Source: an uncultured Pseudomonadales bacterium
Lineage (GTDB): Bacteria > Patescibacteriota > Microgenomatia > UBA1400 > UBA1396
NCBI GenBank assembly: GCA_964511175.1
Contig: CAZEEI010000001.1
Location: 23,216 to 87,215 of the forward strand
Direction of reading: 5' to 3'
Length of the DNA: 64,000 bases
A program made the position numbers and the translations under genes. Numbering within the stretch: position 1 is the first letter of the stretch; every line of letters starts with the position of its first letter. Positions 46,150 through 55,335 of this stretch are shown here, in pieces. The notes beneath the pieces are model-generated. The model saw only the letters and a list, made by a program, of their open reading frames with translations. It was not told the DNA's origin and did not search any database.

Positions 46150-46882
46150 CTTTTTCTGACTGACGTTCACTACGTTCGCCTAAATCTAATGCGAGCTTGA
46201 CTTGAGTTGCGGCGACTTCATCTTGTAATCGAGTAATACGAGCGTAATGTTCTTCTTGAGCCTGCTGTTTAGCTACTATTTTTAGTTCTTGTTTTTGGTA
46301 ACGGCGCCGCGATCGTTGTAGCCGTCGAGTACCGGCTAAAACACGGTTGGCTACCAAAGTGGGGTTCACTGTTTGCAGATTAGTATCCTCATTCGCCGCC
46401 AGAGCGATTATTTTTTGACGGGCTGCTGTATATTTTTCTCCGATTGGCGTTTCTGCTGTACAATCAAGTAATGTGCAAGCTATTGTCACCACCAAACAGG
46501 CTGCAAATAATCCCGGGTAGAGCTCTATTTTCTCATCATAGGTAAGTGCAGAAACTTTAAGGATCAAAAAAAGAGCGGCTGGTGTAACCAACGTGAGTAT
46601 TAAACGAGCGAACCTACGGTCTCTCCGAGCATCACGGTATTCTTGGCAAACTTCGATCGCCTGTTGCAATTCAACAGGTAGATCCTGCCATTCAGCATCA
46701 CGTTGGGACTGTATTGCTGCTGCTAACTCATTAGCTCGAGGAGTAGAGCCAGAATTCAGTGGTGCAGTTGCTAGTTCAAGTAAACTTTCGTTCCAAGTTT
46801 GTCCGTCATCACGCGAGTAATCTACGATCAAAACTTCTTCTGGCGCAAGTTCGGATTGCTTTTCTAATAATTGATGTCTCAT
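46136..46882 (-). CDS. Paralog A of a 4-gene tandem family: N-terminal soluble domain (IEVCQEYRDAR motif), two TM helices, basic coiled-coil C-terminus
   Basis: Shares an N-terminal h-h-D/E-Y-x-x-DDG motif and an I-x-x-CQEY-x-x-AR motif followed by 2 TM with paralog B. 248 aa. Confidence 0.5.
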   Translation of the reverse strand: MRHQLLEKQSELAPEEVLIVDYSRDDGQTWNESLLELATAPLNSGSTPRANELAAAIQSQRDAEWQDLPVELQQAIEVCQEYRDARRDRRFARLILTLVTPAALFLILKVSALTYDEKIELYPGLFAACLVVTIACTLLDCTAETPIGEKYTAARQKIIALAANEDTNLQTVNPTLVANRVLAGTRRLQRSRRRYQKQELKIVAKQQAQEEHYARITRLQDEVAATQVKLALDLGERSERQSEKAKRR

Positions 46883-47640
46883 GACTCGTCGATTCCAAGT
46901 CGAGCCCGAGCCTCATCTAACGCTTTCGCTTTTTCGAGAAATAGGGTTTGAGCTGCCTCTTTAGTTTGTTGTTTACGACGGCGGTGATCAGTATCCTGTT
47001 TTTGTTGGCGCAAATCACGTTGCAGAGAGCGGGTGCCGCTCAGAATACGGTCGACAAACCGATCTGGATCAGAGGTGTAAGGGCTAAGACCTAGTTGTTC
47101 AGCCAGCACTAAAACTTCATCGCGGGCTTGCTGATATCTTGTTTTGACTCGTGTGATGCTCTGTGCCAAAGCATCAGCGGGAAGGCTAGCCAAAGAATCA
47201 AGATCATTGTCGGTGGGGCCAGTGTACTTTGCGGAAGTGGCAATACCGCGTGCCAGTGAATAAGCGATTAAAGCAACAAATGGTACGCAGGCTACTTCGG
47301 TAGTAGACAGGGGCGCCCGAGAAATTATGGCCAGTAGCGGCAAAATTATCGACAGCAAAATTAAAAAGGGTAAATAGGAGTCCCGCTTATATTGAAAGCG
47401 AGCCTCTTGATATTCTTGGCAAACTTCGATTATCTGACGTAATTGAGCTGGTATTTCAACCATTTCGCCGTTAGCTGATTGGCTCCGTAGTGAGTCCTGA
47501 TAGTTGGCGATTAGGTCGGCGACTACCTGGTCGATTTCCAGATCGGAGTCAACTTGTTCTGTCTCTGGATTAGCGAAAGGGCTTGCGCCATCATCGATGC
47601 CATATTCATCAATCAGAACTTCGTGATGTTGGAGTTTCAT
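46879..47640 (-). CDS. Paralog B of the tandem family (253 aa)
   Basis: EVLIDEYGIDDGASP...LRQIIEVCQEYQEARFQY..., 2 TM, then a basic C-terminal region. Its stop overlaps the start of paralog A. Confidence 0.5.
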   Translation of the reverse strand: MKLQHHEVLIDEYGIDDGASPFANPETEQVDSDLEIDQVVADLIANYQDSLRSQSANGEMVEIPAQLRQIIEVCQEYQEARFQYKRDSYLPFLILLSIILPLLAIISRAPLSTTEVACVPFVALIAYSLARGIATSAKYTGPTDNDLDSLASLPADALAQSITRVKTRYQQARDEVLVLAEQLGLSPYTSDPDRFVDRILSGTRSLQRDLRQQKQDTDHRRRKQQTKEAAQTLFLEKAKALDEARARLGIDES

Positions 47641-47695
47641 AACGTCCTATATTATATCATAATAGACGTAACCCGGCAGAGATTAGGGAACTTAA

Positions 47696-48191
47696 TTATC
47701 GGAAACGTTTAGCGCTTTTACTAATGCGTTTGGCGGCGGCCTTAGCGTCAATAGTCTTAGGGTCAAGCGTATCGCCAGCTATTCGTTTAGCTACTTTTTG
47801 GCCGGCTGTCCGCACTTTGGCCCCGGAAAGATCGTCAAACAATCCTCCCATTAACTCATTAGTTCCCTCAAAGTTATTGTTTCCGGCTAATATGTCTCCC
47901 CAGCACGACATGGCTTCAAAAAGGAATATGGCAAAACCAAGTCCACCCAAGCCAGCCAGCAGCATTTCCGGTCTGAATTTGCCATCGATCATAGTTAATG
48001 AACTAATAACCGCTAAAACCAAGAAATAAAGTGAAGGCGCGGTCATGACGGGCCTCCTGGTATTCTTGGCAAGCTTGGATAGTTTCCTGTAACGGCTTGG
48101 GCAAATCGTAAAAGTCAGCAAATGTAGGGCTATTTATTTGTTGAGTTAATCGATCGACTTCCTCTTGATTTTGCTTTGACATAGTCATCAA
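47696..48191 (-). pseudogene. Paralog C of the tandem family, split by an apparent 1-nt frameshift
   Basis: ORF 48003..48191 carries LQETIQACQEYQEARHDRAF then stops. The TM and C-terminal portion continues in another frame (47696..48046) from ...PSLYFLVLAVISS. Confidence 0.4.
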
Positions 48192-48212
48192 ATTATAGCA
48201 TACCCAGTCAGT

Positions 48213-48653
48213 TTAATAACGCTTAGCCTTGTTGGGATCAGACCCGTCTTTGCCGAAATATCGATCAAAAGCTGCTTGTGCTCCAAGGTGGTAGAGAGGT
48301 GGGTGCTCGTTTTCTGCTGGCAATTGACCGCCACTAGCGGCAACAAAATCGCGTACAAAATCCGCGGTTTTGGAGTAAACCTGATCAATTGCTAACTTTT
48401 GGATTATGGCAGTAATCCGTTCATTAGCTTGTTGATGTTGTTTGTGAGGTCGTTTTACCAAAGATAGCCATTTTGAGCGTCGTGAGGTAGTTTGGTATGC
48501 GCGGCAGGCATCAACGATTTCCCAGTAAAAATAAAGGTTGTCGGTTTTCAATTGGTCAACCAGGTCTGATAAATTAAATTTAGGTTGTTCGCCATCATGG
48601 TAAGAATAGTCTTCAACGAGAATTTCACCATGACGCAAGTTATTTTTTAACAT
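48213..48653 (-). CDS. Paralog D of the tandem family (soluble, 146 aa, no TM)
   Basis: GEILVEDYSYHDGEQP...YFYWEIVDACRAYQTTSRR retains both family motifs but lacks the TM segment. Confidence 0.45.
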   Translation of the reverse strand: MLKNNLRHGEILVEDYSYHDGEQPKFNLSDLVDQLKTDNLYFYWEIVDACRAYQTTSRRSKWLSLVKRPHKQHQQANERITAIIQKLAIDQVYSKTADFVRDFVAASGGQLPAENEHPPLYHLGAQAAFDRYFGKDGSDPNKAKRY

Positions 48654-48719
48654 GGCTTTAGTATAGCAATAAGTTAAAGATTGGATTAATCGCTATGGCT
48701 GAACGTATATAATCCAATC

Positions 48720-49643
48720 ATGGCGACGCGTTTCGACGGGCGATTGTTTGCCCAACAAAAATTAGACCAGGTAGCGCAACAAACGGCGGCTTGGTCTTTA
48801 CAAGTTGGCCGTCGGCCTAAACTAGTTTCGCTATTTCCCTATGAAGATCACGCCAGCGTGATGTACACCAAACTCAAACAAAAGGATGCTGAATCGGTAG
48901 GGGTGGAGTATGAAGCTCAACCGTTGTCTCTGCGCGCGCCGCGGCAGGAATGGTTAACTGCGGTTCACGCCGCGGCGCGCCATCCTAAAGTCGACGGTAT
49001 CCTGGTGCAAAAACCAGCCGCCCAGCGTTTTTTAGAAGTTAGGGGTGGCAAGTACACTCAATTTACTAACTGGTGGTCCGGTATTGCCGAAAGTATCCCG
49101 GTGGCTAAAGACGTTGACGGTTTGGCGCCGGTTTCCTTATTTCATCTTCAGCAACTATCCGAGCAAACTGTCCAGGGCAAGTGTCTGCCTGTAGATAATC
49201 TCGATGACTTTATTTTGCCGGCCACGGCTCAGGCAGTGATCGATATAGCCCTCGATTTGAGTTGGCAACTCACCGCACTGCGACAGAAAAAAGTTATGAT
49301 TATTGGTCGTTCGGTAATTGTTGGCCAGCCAGCGGCGTACGGTTTTCGTTTACTAGGTATCGATTGTGATTTAATTTCCTCAAAAAGTAACCTAGCCGCT
49401 ATCTTGCCAGGAGCCGATCTGATTGTTTGCGCTTCCGGTCAAGCCGATTTGATTCAGGGCAACTGGGTGAAATCTAAGGCTATTCTCATTGATGTTGGCG
49501 CCCCGCGGCCGGAGTTTACCGCAGCTTGTTATGAACGGTCAGCTAGCTGGACGCCAGTGCCGGGAGGCGTGGGGCCGGTTACCCGCGCCTGTTTGTTGGA
49601 AAACTTGGTTAAGCTCTTACATGCTACAATCAACCAGGACTAG
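48720..49643 (+). CDS. folD: Bifunctional methylenetetrahydrofolate dehydrogenase/cyclohydrolase
   Basis: DGILVQKP and TPVPGGVGPVT are FolD signatures. Confidence 0.75.
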   Translation: MATRFDGRLFAQQKLDQVAQQTAAWSLQVGRRPKLVSLFPYEDHASVMYTKLKQKDAESVGVEYEAQPLSLRAPRQEWLTAVHAAARHPKVDGILVQKPAAQRFLEVRGGKYTQFTNWWSGIAESIPVAKDVDGLAPVSLFHLQQLSEQTVQGKCLPVDNLDDFILPATAQAVIDIALDLSWQLTALRQKKVMIIGRSVIVGQPAAYGFRLLGIDCDLISSKSNLAAILPGADLIVCASGQADLIQGNWVKSKAILIDVGAPRPEFTAACYERSASWTPVPGGVGPVTRACLLENLVKLLHATINQD

Positions 49644-49680
49644 ACCAACGGTAACCAGCCGAGAAAAAAAGGAGTAATCT

Positions 49681-50409
49681 ATGGGCGAAATTAACCAACT
49701 TAAGTATCCGCGTATTTTACTAAAAATATCCGGGGAATCCTTAGCAGGAGGCCGCGATTATGGTCTCGATACCGATTTTTTAGATTATTTAGCCCAGGAA
49801 ATTGAGCAAGCTGCCCAGGCGGGGGCGCAAATTGCGATTGTTCCCGGCGGCGGTAACTTGATGCGCGGCGCCAAAGCCAGCAATGATGCACAAATGGATC
49901 GGGCTACAGCTGACTACATGGGCATGTTGGCCACAGTTTTCAACGGCCTGGCTCTCCAGGATGCCCTCGAACGCCACGGACTCAATACCCGTTTAATGAG
50001 CGCCATTACCATGATCGAAGTAGCCGAGCCTTTCATCCGTCGTCGCGCCATTCGCCACTTAGAGAAGGGGCGGATTGTCATTTTGGGTGCCGGAACTGGT
50101 TTGCCATTTGTTACTACCGACACTGGTGCGGCGCTGCGCGGTTTGGAACTAAAGTGTGATGCTATTCTCAAAGCCACCAAAGTAGATGGTGTGTATGATG
50201 ATGACCCGATGACCAATCCCCAGGCAAAGAAATTTGATACCCTGCCTTATCGGGAAGCGTTGATTAACGACAAGATTAAAATCATGGACGATTCGGCCAT
50301 TACGCTGTGTCGGGACAGCAAAGTACACATCGTGGTATTTAACGTCTATACGCCAGGCAATTTGCTCAAAGTGGTACAAGGCGAGTCAATAGGCACGGTA
50401 GTCTGCTGA
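49681..50409 (+). CDS. pyrH: UMP kinase
   Basis: RILLKISGESLAG...IVPGGGNLMRG...ILGAGTGLPFVTTDTGAALRG. Confidence 0.9.
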   Translation: MGEINQLKYPRILLKISGESLAGGRDYGLDTDFLDYLAQEIEQAAQAGAQIAIVPGGGNLMRGAKASNDAQMDRATADYMGMLATVFNGLALQDALERHGLNTRLMSAITMIEVAEPFIRRRAIRHLEKGRIVILGAGTGLPFVTTDTGAALRGLELKCDAILKATKVDGVYDDDPMTNPQAKKFDTLPYREALINDKIKIMDDSAITLCRDSKVHIVVFNVYTPGNLLKVVQGESIGTVVC

Positions 50410-50422
50410 AAGAACGACCAAA

Positions 50423-51253
50423 ATGACCAGCCGAACTGAGGGTTTTTTCTTCCGCAATAGTCGTGCGGCGCTATGTGAGCTTCTTCAAATTAAGGATTTA
50501 ACTGAAATCGATAGGGTAGATACTATTACTTTACCTGATGCAGTAGGTGATCCGATGCGACAAGCAGTAGCGGAAACACTACGCGATCCTGAGGCACGCG
50601 AACGTGATTTAAGTTTTCAATACCAAGATGGGCGAACTGTTTTGACCAATAAATTGGTTGGTTCTGAACTTAATTTAACGGCGCTTACCTCTAATAAAAC
50701 TTTAGGAACGTCGACTCAATATTCGCTTGCAGAATTACTGCACGAGACAGTTAAAATTTATTTTGGGCAACCCAAGTTTATTGCGGCTCATACCCATCCT
50801 GCTCTCACCCTAGATTTTTTACAACGACACGGGATACCAGCTAGCTCCCTGTACACCCATAAGGAGCAAGGTATTGCCCTAGATATGCCAGCACTAGTGG
50901 CTCTTTTTAGTGACCATGCTCTTTATCCCAGCGATGGTGATATCGCTAATTTAGTAAGTAACGTGCGCTACTGGCGCAATCAACTCATTGGTTCCCAGCA
51001 AGGTTTGGTTTTAATCATCAATCCCTCTTTCCACATGCCAGTGCGGGCTAAAGCACTTGGTATTCGGGAGTACAATGCCGCGGCGCAAGTGGCCGTTGTC
51101 CAGTACATGAAAAGTTTAGCTCAGCATAATCCTCACAAGGAGGATTTTCACCAGGCCAAACAACAAGCTTTATGCCGCTTTGCCAATCAAAATGGTTTAC
51201 TGGTTTTTATGGGCGACGATTTTCGTCATAATTCATTAAAAAGATTACGCTGA
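50423..51253 (+). CDS. Hypothetical protein
   Basis: 276 aa. Contains AAHTHPA, but the full JAB/MPN metalloprotease motif is not satisfied. Confidence 0.35.
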   Translation: MTSRTEGFFFRNSRAALCELLQIKDLTEIDRVDTITLPDAVGDPMRQAVAETLRDPEARERDLSFQYQDGRTVLTNKLVGSELNLTALTSNKTLGTSTQYSLAELLHETVKIYFGQPKFIAAHTHPALTLDFLQRHGIPASSLYTHKEQGIALDMPALVALFSDHALYPSDGDIANLVSNVRYWRNQLIGSQQGLVLIINPSFHMPVRAKALGIREYNAAAQVAVVQYMKSLAQHNPHKEDFHQAKQQALCRFANQNGLLVFMGDDFRHNSLKRLR

Positions 51254-51371
51254 GAGTCTTTTTAGTGTGATATACTATCGCTTCGGTAAAAACTAACACC
51301 TCGCGGCGCAACCTTGCCGCACCAGCGGTGATTCGCGAGGGAGGGCCCAGTTGGGCGGAAAAAGGAGCAAT

Positions 51372-52163
51372 ATGGTGGCAACCAAGAAAAAAGCCCCAAG
51401 CAAAAAAAGTGAAACCCCGGTGGTAACAGCCCCGGAGGCGCCAGTAGTAACTGTAGTAACAGAAGAAGTGGCTCCGGCCATCGATCTCAAAGCTTTACTG
51501 GAGGCAGGCGTCCATTTTGGTCACCAAGCACAGCGCTGGAACCCTAAAATGAGTTCCTTTATCTATGACACCAAAGATGGTGTGCATATTTTCGATTTAG
51601 TCAAAACCGCGGCACAGCTCGAAAAAGCCATGGTTTTTGTGCGCCAGTTGGGCAAGCAGGGTAAAACCGTAGTTTTTGTCGGTACCAAGCGCCAGGCTCA
51701 GGATTTAGTCACGGCTGCGGCACAATCGGTAGGAGCAATGTACATCACCGCGCGTTGGTTGGGCGGTCTGATTACCAACTGGGAACAAGTTAGTAAATCG
51801 ATCAGCAAAATGAACGATATTAAAAAAGGCTTAGCCGAAGGTAAATACGATCAATACACCAAATACGAACGCACTCAACTTCAAAAAGAGGTGGATCGCT
51901 TATCTCGTTTCTTAGGTGGAGTCGCTGATCTCAAAACGGTGCCGGACGCAATTTTTGTGGTGGATGTTTCCGAAGAGGCCGTAGCCGTTAAAGAAGCCAA
52001 AATTGCCGGTGTGCCGATTATCGCCCTAGTGGATAGCAATGGTAATCCGGAAGATATCGACTACATTATTCCTGGTAACGATGATGCCGTGTCGGCGATT
52101 CAAATCATTGTTAATTTGGTTGTCCAGGCTTATGGTGAAGGCAAAAAGATGGGGAGAAAATAA
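51372..52163 (+). CDS. rpsB: Ribosomal protein uS2
   Basis: LLEAGVHFGHQAQRWNPKM...VVFVGTKRQAQ.... Start ATG 51372 after an AAAGGAG RBS, with a Lys/Pro-rich N-terminal extension. Confidence 0.9.
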   Translation: MVATKKKAPSKKSETPVVTAPEAPVVTVVTEEVAPAIDLKALLEAGVHFGHQAQRWNPKMSSFIYDTKDGVHIFDLVKTAAQLEKAMVFVRQLGKQGKTVVFVGTKRQAQDLVTAAAQSVGAMYITARWLGGLITNWEQVSKSISKMNDIKKGLAEGKYDQYTKYERTQLQKEVDRLSRFLGGVADLKTVPDAIFVVDVSEEAVAVKEAKIAGVPIIALVDSNGNPEDIDYIIPGNDDAVSAIQIIVNLVVQAYGEGKKMGRK

Positions 52164-52164
52164 T

Positions 52165-52614
52165 ATGGCGTTGGCAATGGACCTGATTAAGCAGCTGCGC
52201 GAGGAAACTGGCGCGGGTGTAATGGACGCCAAAAAAGCATTGCAGGACGCCGACAATGATTTGGCCAAAGCCCGTCAGTTAGTCGCCGAACGCGGCCTGG
52301 CCAAAGCCGATAAAAAAGCAGATCGCGAAACCAAAGAAGGCTATGTTGGCGTTTATGTGCATGCCAACGGTAAAATCGGCGCTATGGTCAGTCTTTTGTG
52401 CGAAACCGATTTTGTGGCGCGTAACGACGAATTTCAAACTTTAGCGCGGGAATTAGCGATGCAAGTGGCCAGCATGGAACCGGCCAACGTTGCCGAGTTA
52501 CTGGATCAGGAATATATTCGCGATGGTCGACGAGTGGGCGACATGGTGAAGAGTTTGTCCGGCAAGATTGGTGAGAATATCGTAGTGGGCGAGATTTACC
52601 GATTAATGATCTAG
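52165..52614 (+). CDS. tsf: Elongation factor Ts, short form (149 aa)
   Basis: MALAMDLIKQLREETGAGVMDAKKAL UBA-like N-terminus. A single-core-domain EF-Ts. Confidence 0.8.
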   Translation: MALAMDLIKQLREETGAGVMDAKKALQDADNDLAKARQLVAERGLAKADKKADRETKEGYVGVYVHANGKIGAMVSLLCETDFVARNDEFQTLARELAMQVASMEPANVAELLDQEYIRDGRRVGDMVKSLSGKIGENIVVGEIYRLMI

Positions 52615-52647
52615 TGGCCAATATTTCAAAATAGCCAAAACCGCCTA

Positions 52648-52699
52648 TTGTACAAAAAGAACATCTGTTTTGTACAAAATGGCTGATCAAATTGTACAA
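52648..52699. promoter_or_regulatory. Second array of three TTGTACAA palindromes at exact 22-bp spacing (convergent tsf / membrane-gene intergenic region)
   Basis: Sites at 52648-52655, 52670-52677 and 52692-52699. Confidence 0.55.
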
Positions 52700-52732
52700 C
52701 TATCGGTTTTTGGGTTTTCAATATATTTCCCT

Positions 52733-53674
52733 TTATCGCCGACCGCGATTTAACCAACCAACCAGCAGAATCATTGCCAGCCAAGCCCACCAGAAAACCG
52801 GCAGGGGATTGGTGTAGAACACATTGATCAGGGTTTGCACTGTTTCCGCCGGCCAGAGCACAATTAAGCCCAGGCCATAACTGCGTTGGTAAGATAAACG
52901 CATCCCAAAGATGCTGAGCAGTGATTTAGCAATCCAGGCGTACAAAATAAGGCCGATTAGGCGCAGAATAAGTAGCCCGATCCACCGCCAGCTAAACCAA
53001 ACAAAAGTAAGAATCCGCGCCGCCTCAGCCAAGAAAGAGTTCCAATCAGCGTCATGATCGGCCAAGCTAGAGCGATCCAAGTGCCAGGATTGATCGTCAA
53101 GCCAATCGGTTAAATTAGTAGTCTGCTCGTCGCCAGTTACACCAGATATAGTTATGGTTTCACCGGTAATAAACAATAAACTGTGATGCGGATTAGTTGG
53201 TTGGTCGGTAGTATCGAAGATAGCCAAATAAGATGGCAAGTCAGAGCGCTTGGCTAAAAACGAGGGGTAGGGCACATTCAAAGACTGATTTGGCGTGACT
53301 GTCAAACGATGATTTTGGTAATTAAAACTCAAGTCGCTGGGCCAATCGCGCTGCAGATTAGTCCAAGTTTCCTGCCAATTAGTGAGGAGTCGAGGGCGGG
53401 TGACTAGAACAAAATGTAAAGTTGACACAACCGCCAAAAGTAAATAAACAACCAAAAGTGTTACCAATTTGGTTTGGCGTGGCAGGCGGCTCAGTTGAGG
53501 ATAGGCGGCTACGTCGGTTAATGAGCGCCAGTAGTGCTGAAGTGGTTGGAAAAATAAGGAAAGCAATCGCATGCTGTCACTATTGTAACGCCTTTTCGTT
53601 GTAGAATAGGAGACAGCCAAGAGAAGAGGAGGATGCCGAGCATGTATCTTGATGATTTTCGCGAAAAAGCCCAA
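52733..53674 (-). CDS. Hypothetical membrane protein
   Basis: 313 aa with an N-terminal TM, a soluble middle region and C-terminal TM helices. Confidence 0.4.
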   Translation of the reverse strand: MGFFAKIIKIHARHPPLLLAVSYSTTKRRYNSDSMRLLSLFFQPLQHYWRSLTDVAAYPQLSRLPRQTKLVTLLVVYLLLAVVSTLHFVLVTRPRLLTNWQETWTNLQRDWPSDLSFNYQNHRLTVTPNQSLNVPYPSFLAKRSDLPSYLAIFDTTDQPTNPHHSLLFITGETITISGVTGDEQTTNLTDWLDDQSWHLDRSSLADHDADWNSFLAEAARILTFVWFSWRWIGLLILRLIGLILYAWIAKSLLSIFGMRLSYQRSYGLGLIVLWPAETVQTLINVFYTNPLPVFWWAWLAMILLVGWLNRGRR

Positions 53675-54199
53675 AAAGTAATCGATCGTCTCAAGGACGA
53701 ACTGCGCACCATTCGCACCGGCCGCGCTCAGCCGTCGCTGGTGGAGAATGTTGAAGTAGAAGTAGCATCATACGGTGGGACTCGGCTCAAGCTGAAAGAG
53801 TTAGCTGCCATTGCTGCGCCTGATCCTTCCCTGTTGACCATTCAGCCTTTCGATCCTGGTGTGATCAAAGATATCGAACGGGCTTTTCAGGTAGCCAATC
53901 TAGGTTTCAGTCCGGCCGTTGATAAGAATTTGATTCGTTTGCCCCTGCCACCTCTGACCCAGGAGCGCCGCGAACAACTGGCTAAGACGGTTGACCAAAA
54001 AGCCGAAGAGGCGCGCGTATCCCTACGTCATCAACGTGGCGAAAGTAAAAAAGACATTGAAAATCAAAAGGATGAGGGTGGGATTAGTGAAGACGATATT
54101 GCCCGCGAAGTGGTAACACTGCAGAAACTGGTGGATGAGTTTAATGATCAAATTGATCAATTGAGTGTGGAAAAGAAGGAAGAATTGAAGCAGGTCTAG
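53642..54199 (+). CDS. frr: Ribosome recycling factor
   Basis: MYLDDFREKAQKVIDRLKDELRTIRTGRAQPSLVENVEVE... Confidence 0.9.
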   Translation: MYLDDFREKAQKVIDRLKDELRTIRTGRAQPSLVENVEVEVASYGGTRLKLKELAAIAAPDPSLLTIQPFDPGVIKDIERAFQVANLGFSPAVDKNLIRLPLPPLTQERREQLAKTVDQKAEEARVSLRHQRGESKKDIENQKDEGGISEDDIAREVVTLQKLVDEFNDQIDQLSVEKKEELKQV

Positions 54200-54217
54200 C
54201 ATCTGCCGTAACTAATT

Positions 54218-55330
54218 ATGTTGATCGGTACCATTGTTTGGTTCTTGTTATTGTTGTCCTTGCTGGTGATCATTCATGAGTTGGGTCATTTTTTAATGGC
54301 TAAGTGGGCAGGGGTGCATGTGCCCGAATTTGGCCTGGGTTATCCGCCTAAAGTTCGTGATCTATTCCAGCGTTGGGGTACAGTATTTTCGCTTAATGCT
54401 ATTCCAGTAGGTGGCTTTGTACGTTTGTATGGCGACGACAGCGAAACTATCGCTCCGGATTTGTTGGAAGCTGGTCGAAGTAAGCAGGAGATGTTCGCTT
54501 ACCAGTCGCGCAGTAAAAGATTAATTATTGTTTTAGCTGGTGTAGTAGTTAATTTTGTATTTGGCATTGCCGCCTTCGCTTTGCTATTTTCCTTTATTGG
54601 TATTCCTACCCAGCGTGAATTGGTAGCGATTACCGAAATTACAACTGATTCGCCGGCTCAAGCCGCGCAATTTCAAACTGGCGATTTAATTTTATCGTGG
54701 CAAGCCGAAGGGGAAGCGGCAATGAAGATTAAAAGTTCATCAGAATTAATCGAAGTTATCGATCAGCACCGCGGCGAAACCGTGTCGATTCTAGTACAGC
54801 GGGAGGGGGCAGAGGTATGGCTGCGCCCCACTTTGCGAACCGAAAAAACCGCTACAGCAGGTTTATTGGGTGTTGGGCTTAGCGATAGCGAGCTGCGCTT
54901 TTACCCCTGGTGGCAGATGCCTTGGCGAGGAGCTTGGCAGGGCTGGCAGGACTCACTGCAGTTGAGCCGAATGATCCTCCAGTCCTTGGGCGAAATGTTA
55001 GCGCGGTTGGTGTTGAAGGGAGAAGTGCCCAAGGACATTTCTGGACCGGTGGGTATTGTTAATCAGGCTTACCAAGTTGGTGTACTCCAACAAGGTATTT
55101 TGGGCTCGGTGCATTTTGCCGGACAGTTGTCAGTGAACTTGGCCATTATGAATTTACTACCGATTCCCGCCCTGGATGGCGGACGAGCCTTGTTTATTCT
55201 GATGGAGAGAGTGATTGGGCCGGAGCGGCGCCGACGCTGGGAGGGAAAAGCCAATACGGTCGGTTTTCTCTTTTTGTTAACTCTGATCTTGCTGGTAACG
55301 GTTAAAGATATAATTGGTTTGTTTAGTTAA
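54218..55330 (+). CDS. rseP: RIP metalloprotease RseP (M50 with PDZ)
   Basis: IIHELGHFLMAKWAGV (HExxH) and a C-terminal NLLPIPALDGG. Confidence 0.8.
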   Translation: MLIGTIVWFLLLLSLLVIIHELGHFLMAKWAGVHVPEFGLGYPPKVRDLFQRWGTVFSLNAIPVGGFVRLYGDDSETIAPDLLEAGRSKQEMFAYQSRSKRLIIVLAGVVVNFVFGIAAFALLFSFIGIPTQRELVAITEITTDSPAQAAQFQTGDLILSWQAEGEAAMKIKSSSELIEVIDQHRGETVSILVQREGAEVWLRPTLRTEKTATAGLLGVGLSDSELRFYPWWQMPWRGAWQGWQDSLQLSRMILQSLGEMLARLVLKGEVPKDISGPVGIVNQAYQVGVLQQGILGSVHFAGQLSVNLAIMNLLPIPALDGGRALFILMERVIGPERRRRWEGKANTVGFLFLLTLILLVTVKDIIGLFS

Positions 55331-55335
55331 AAATT

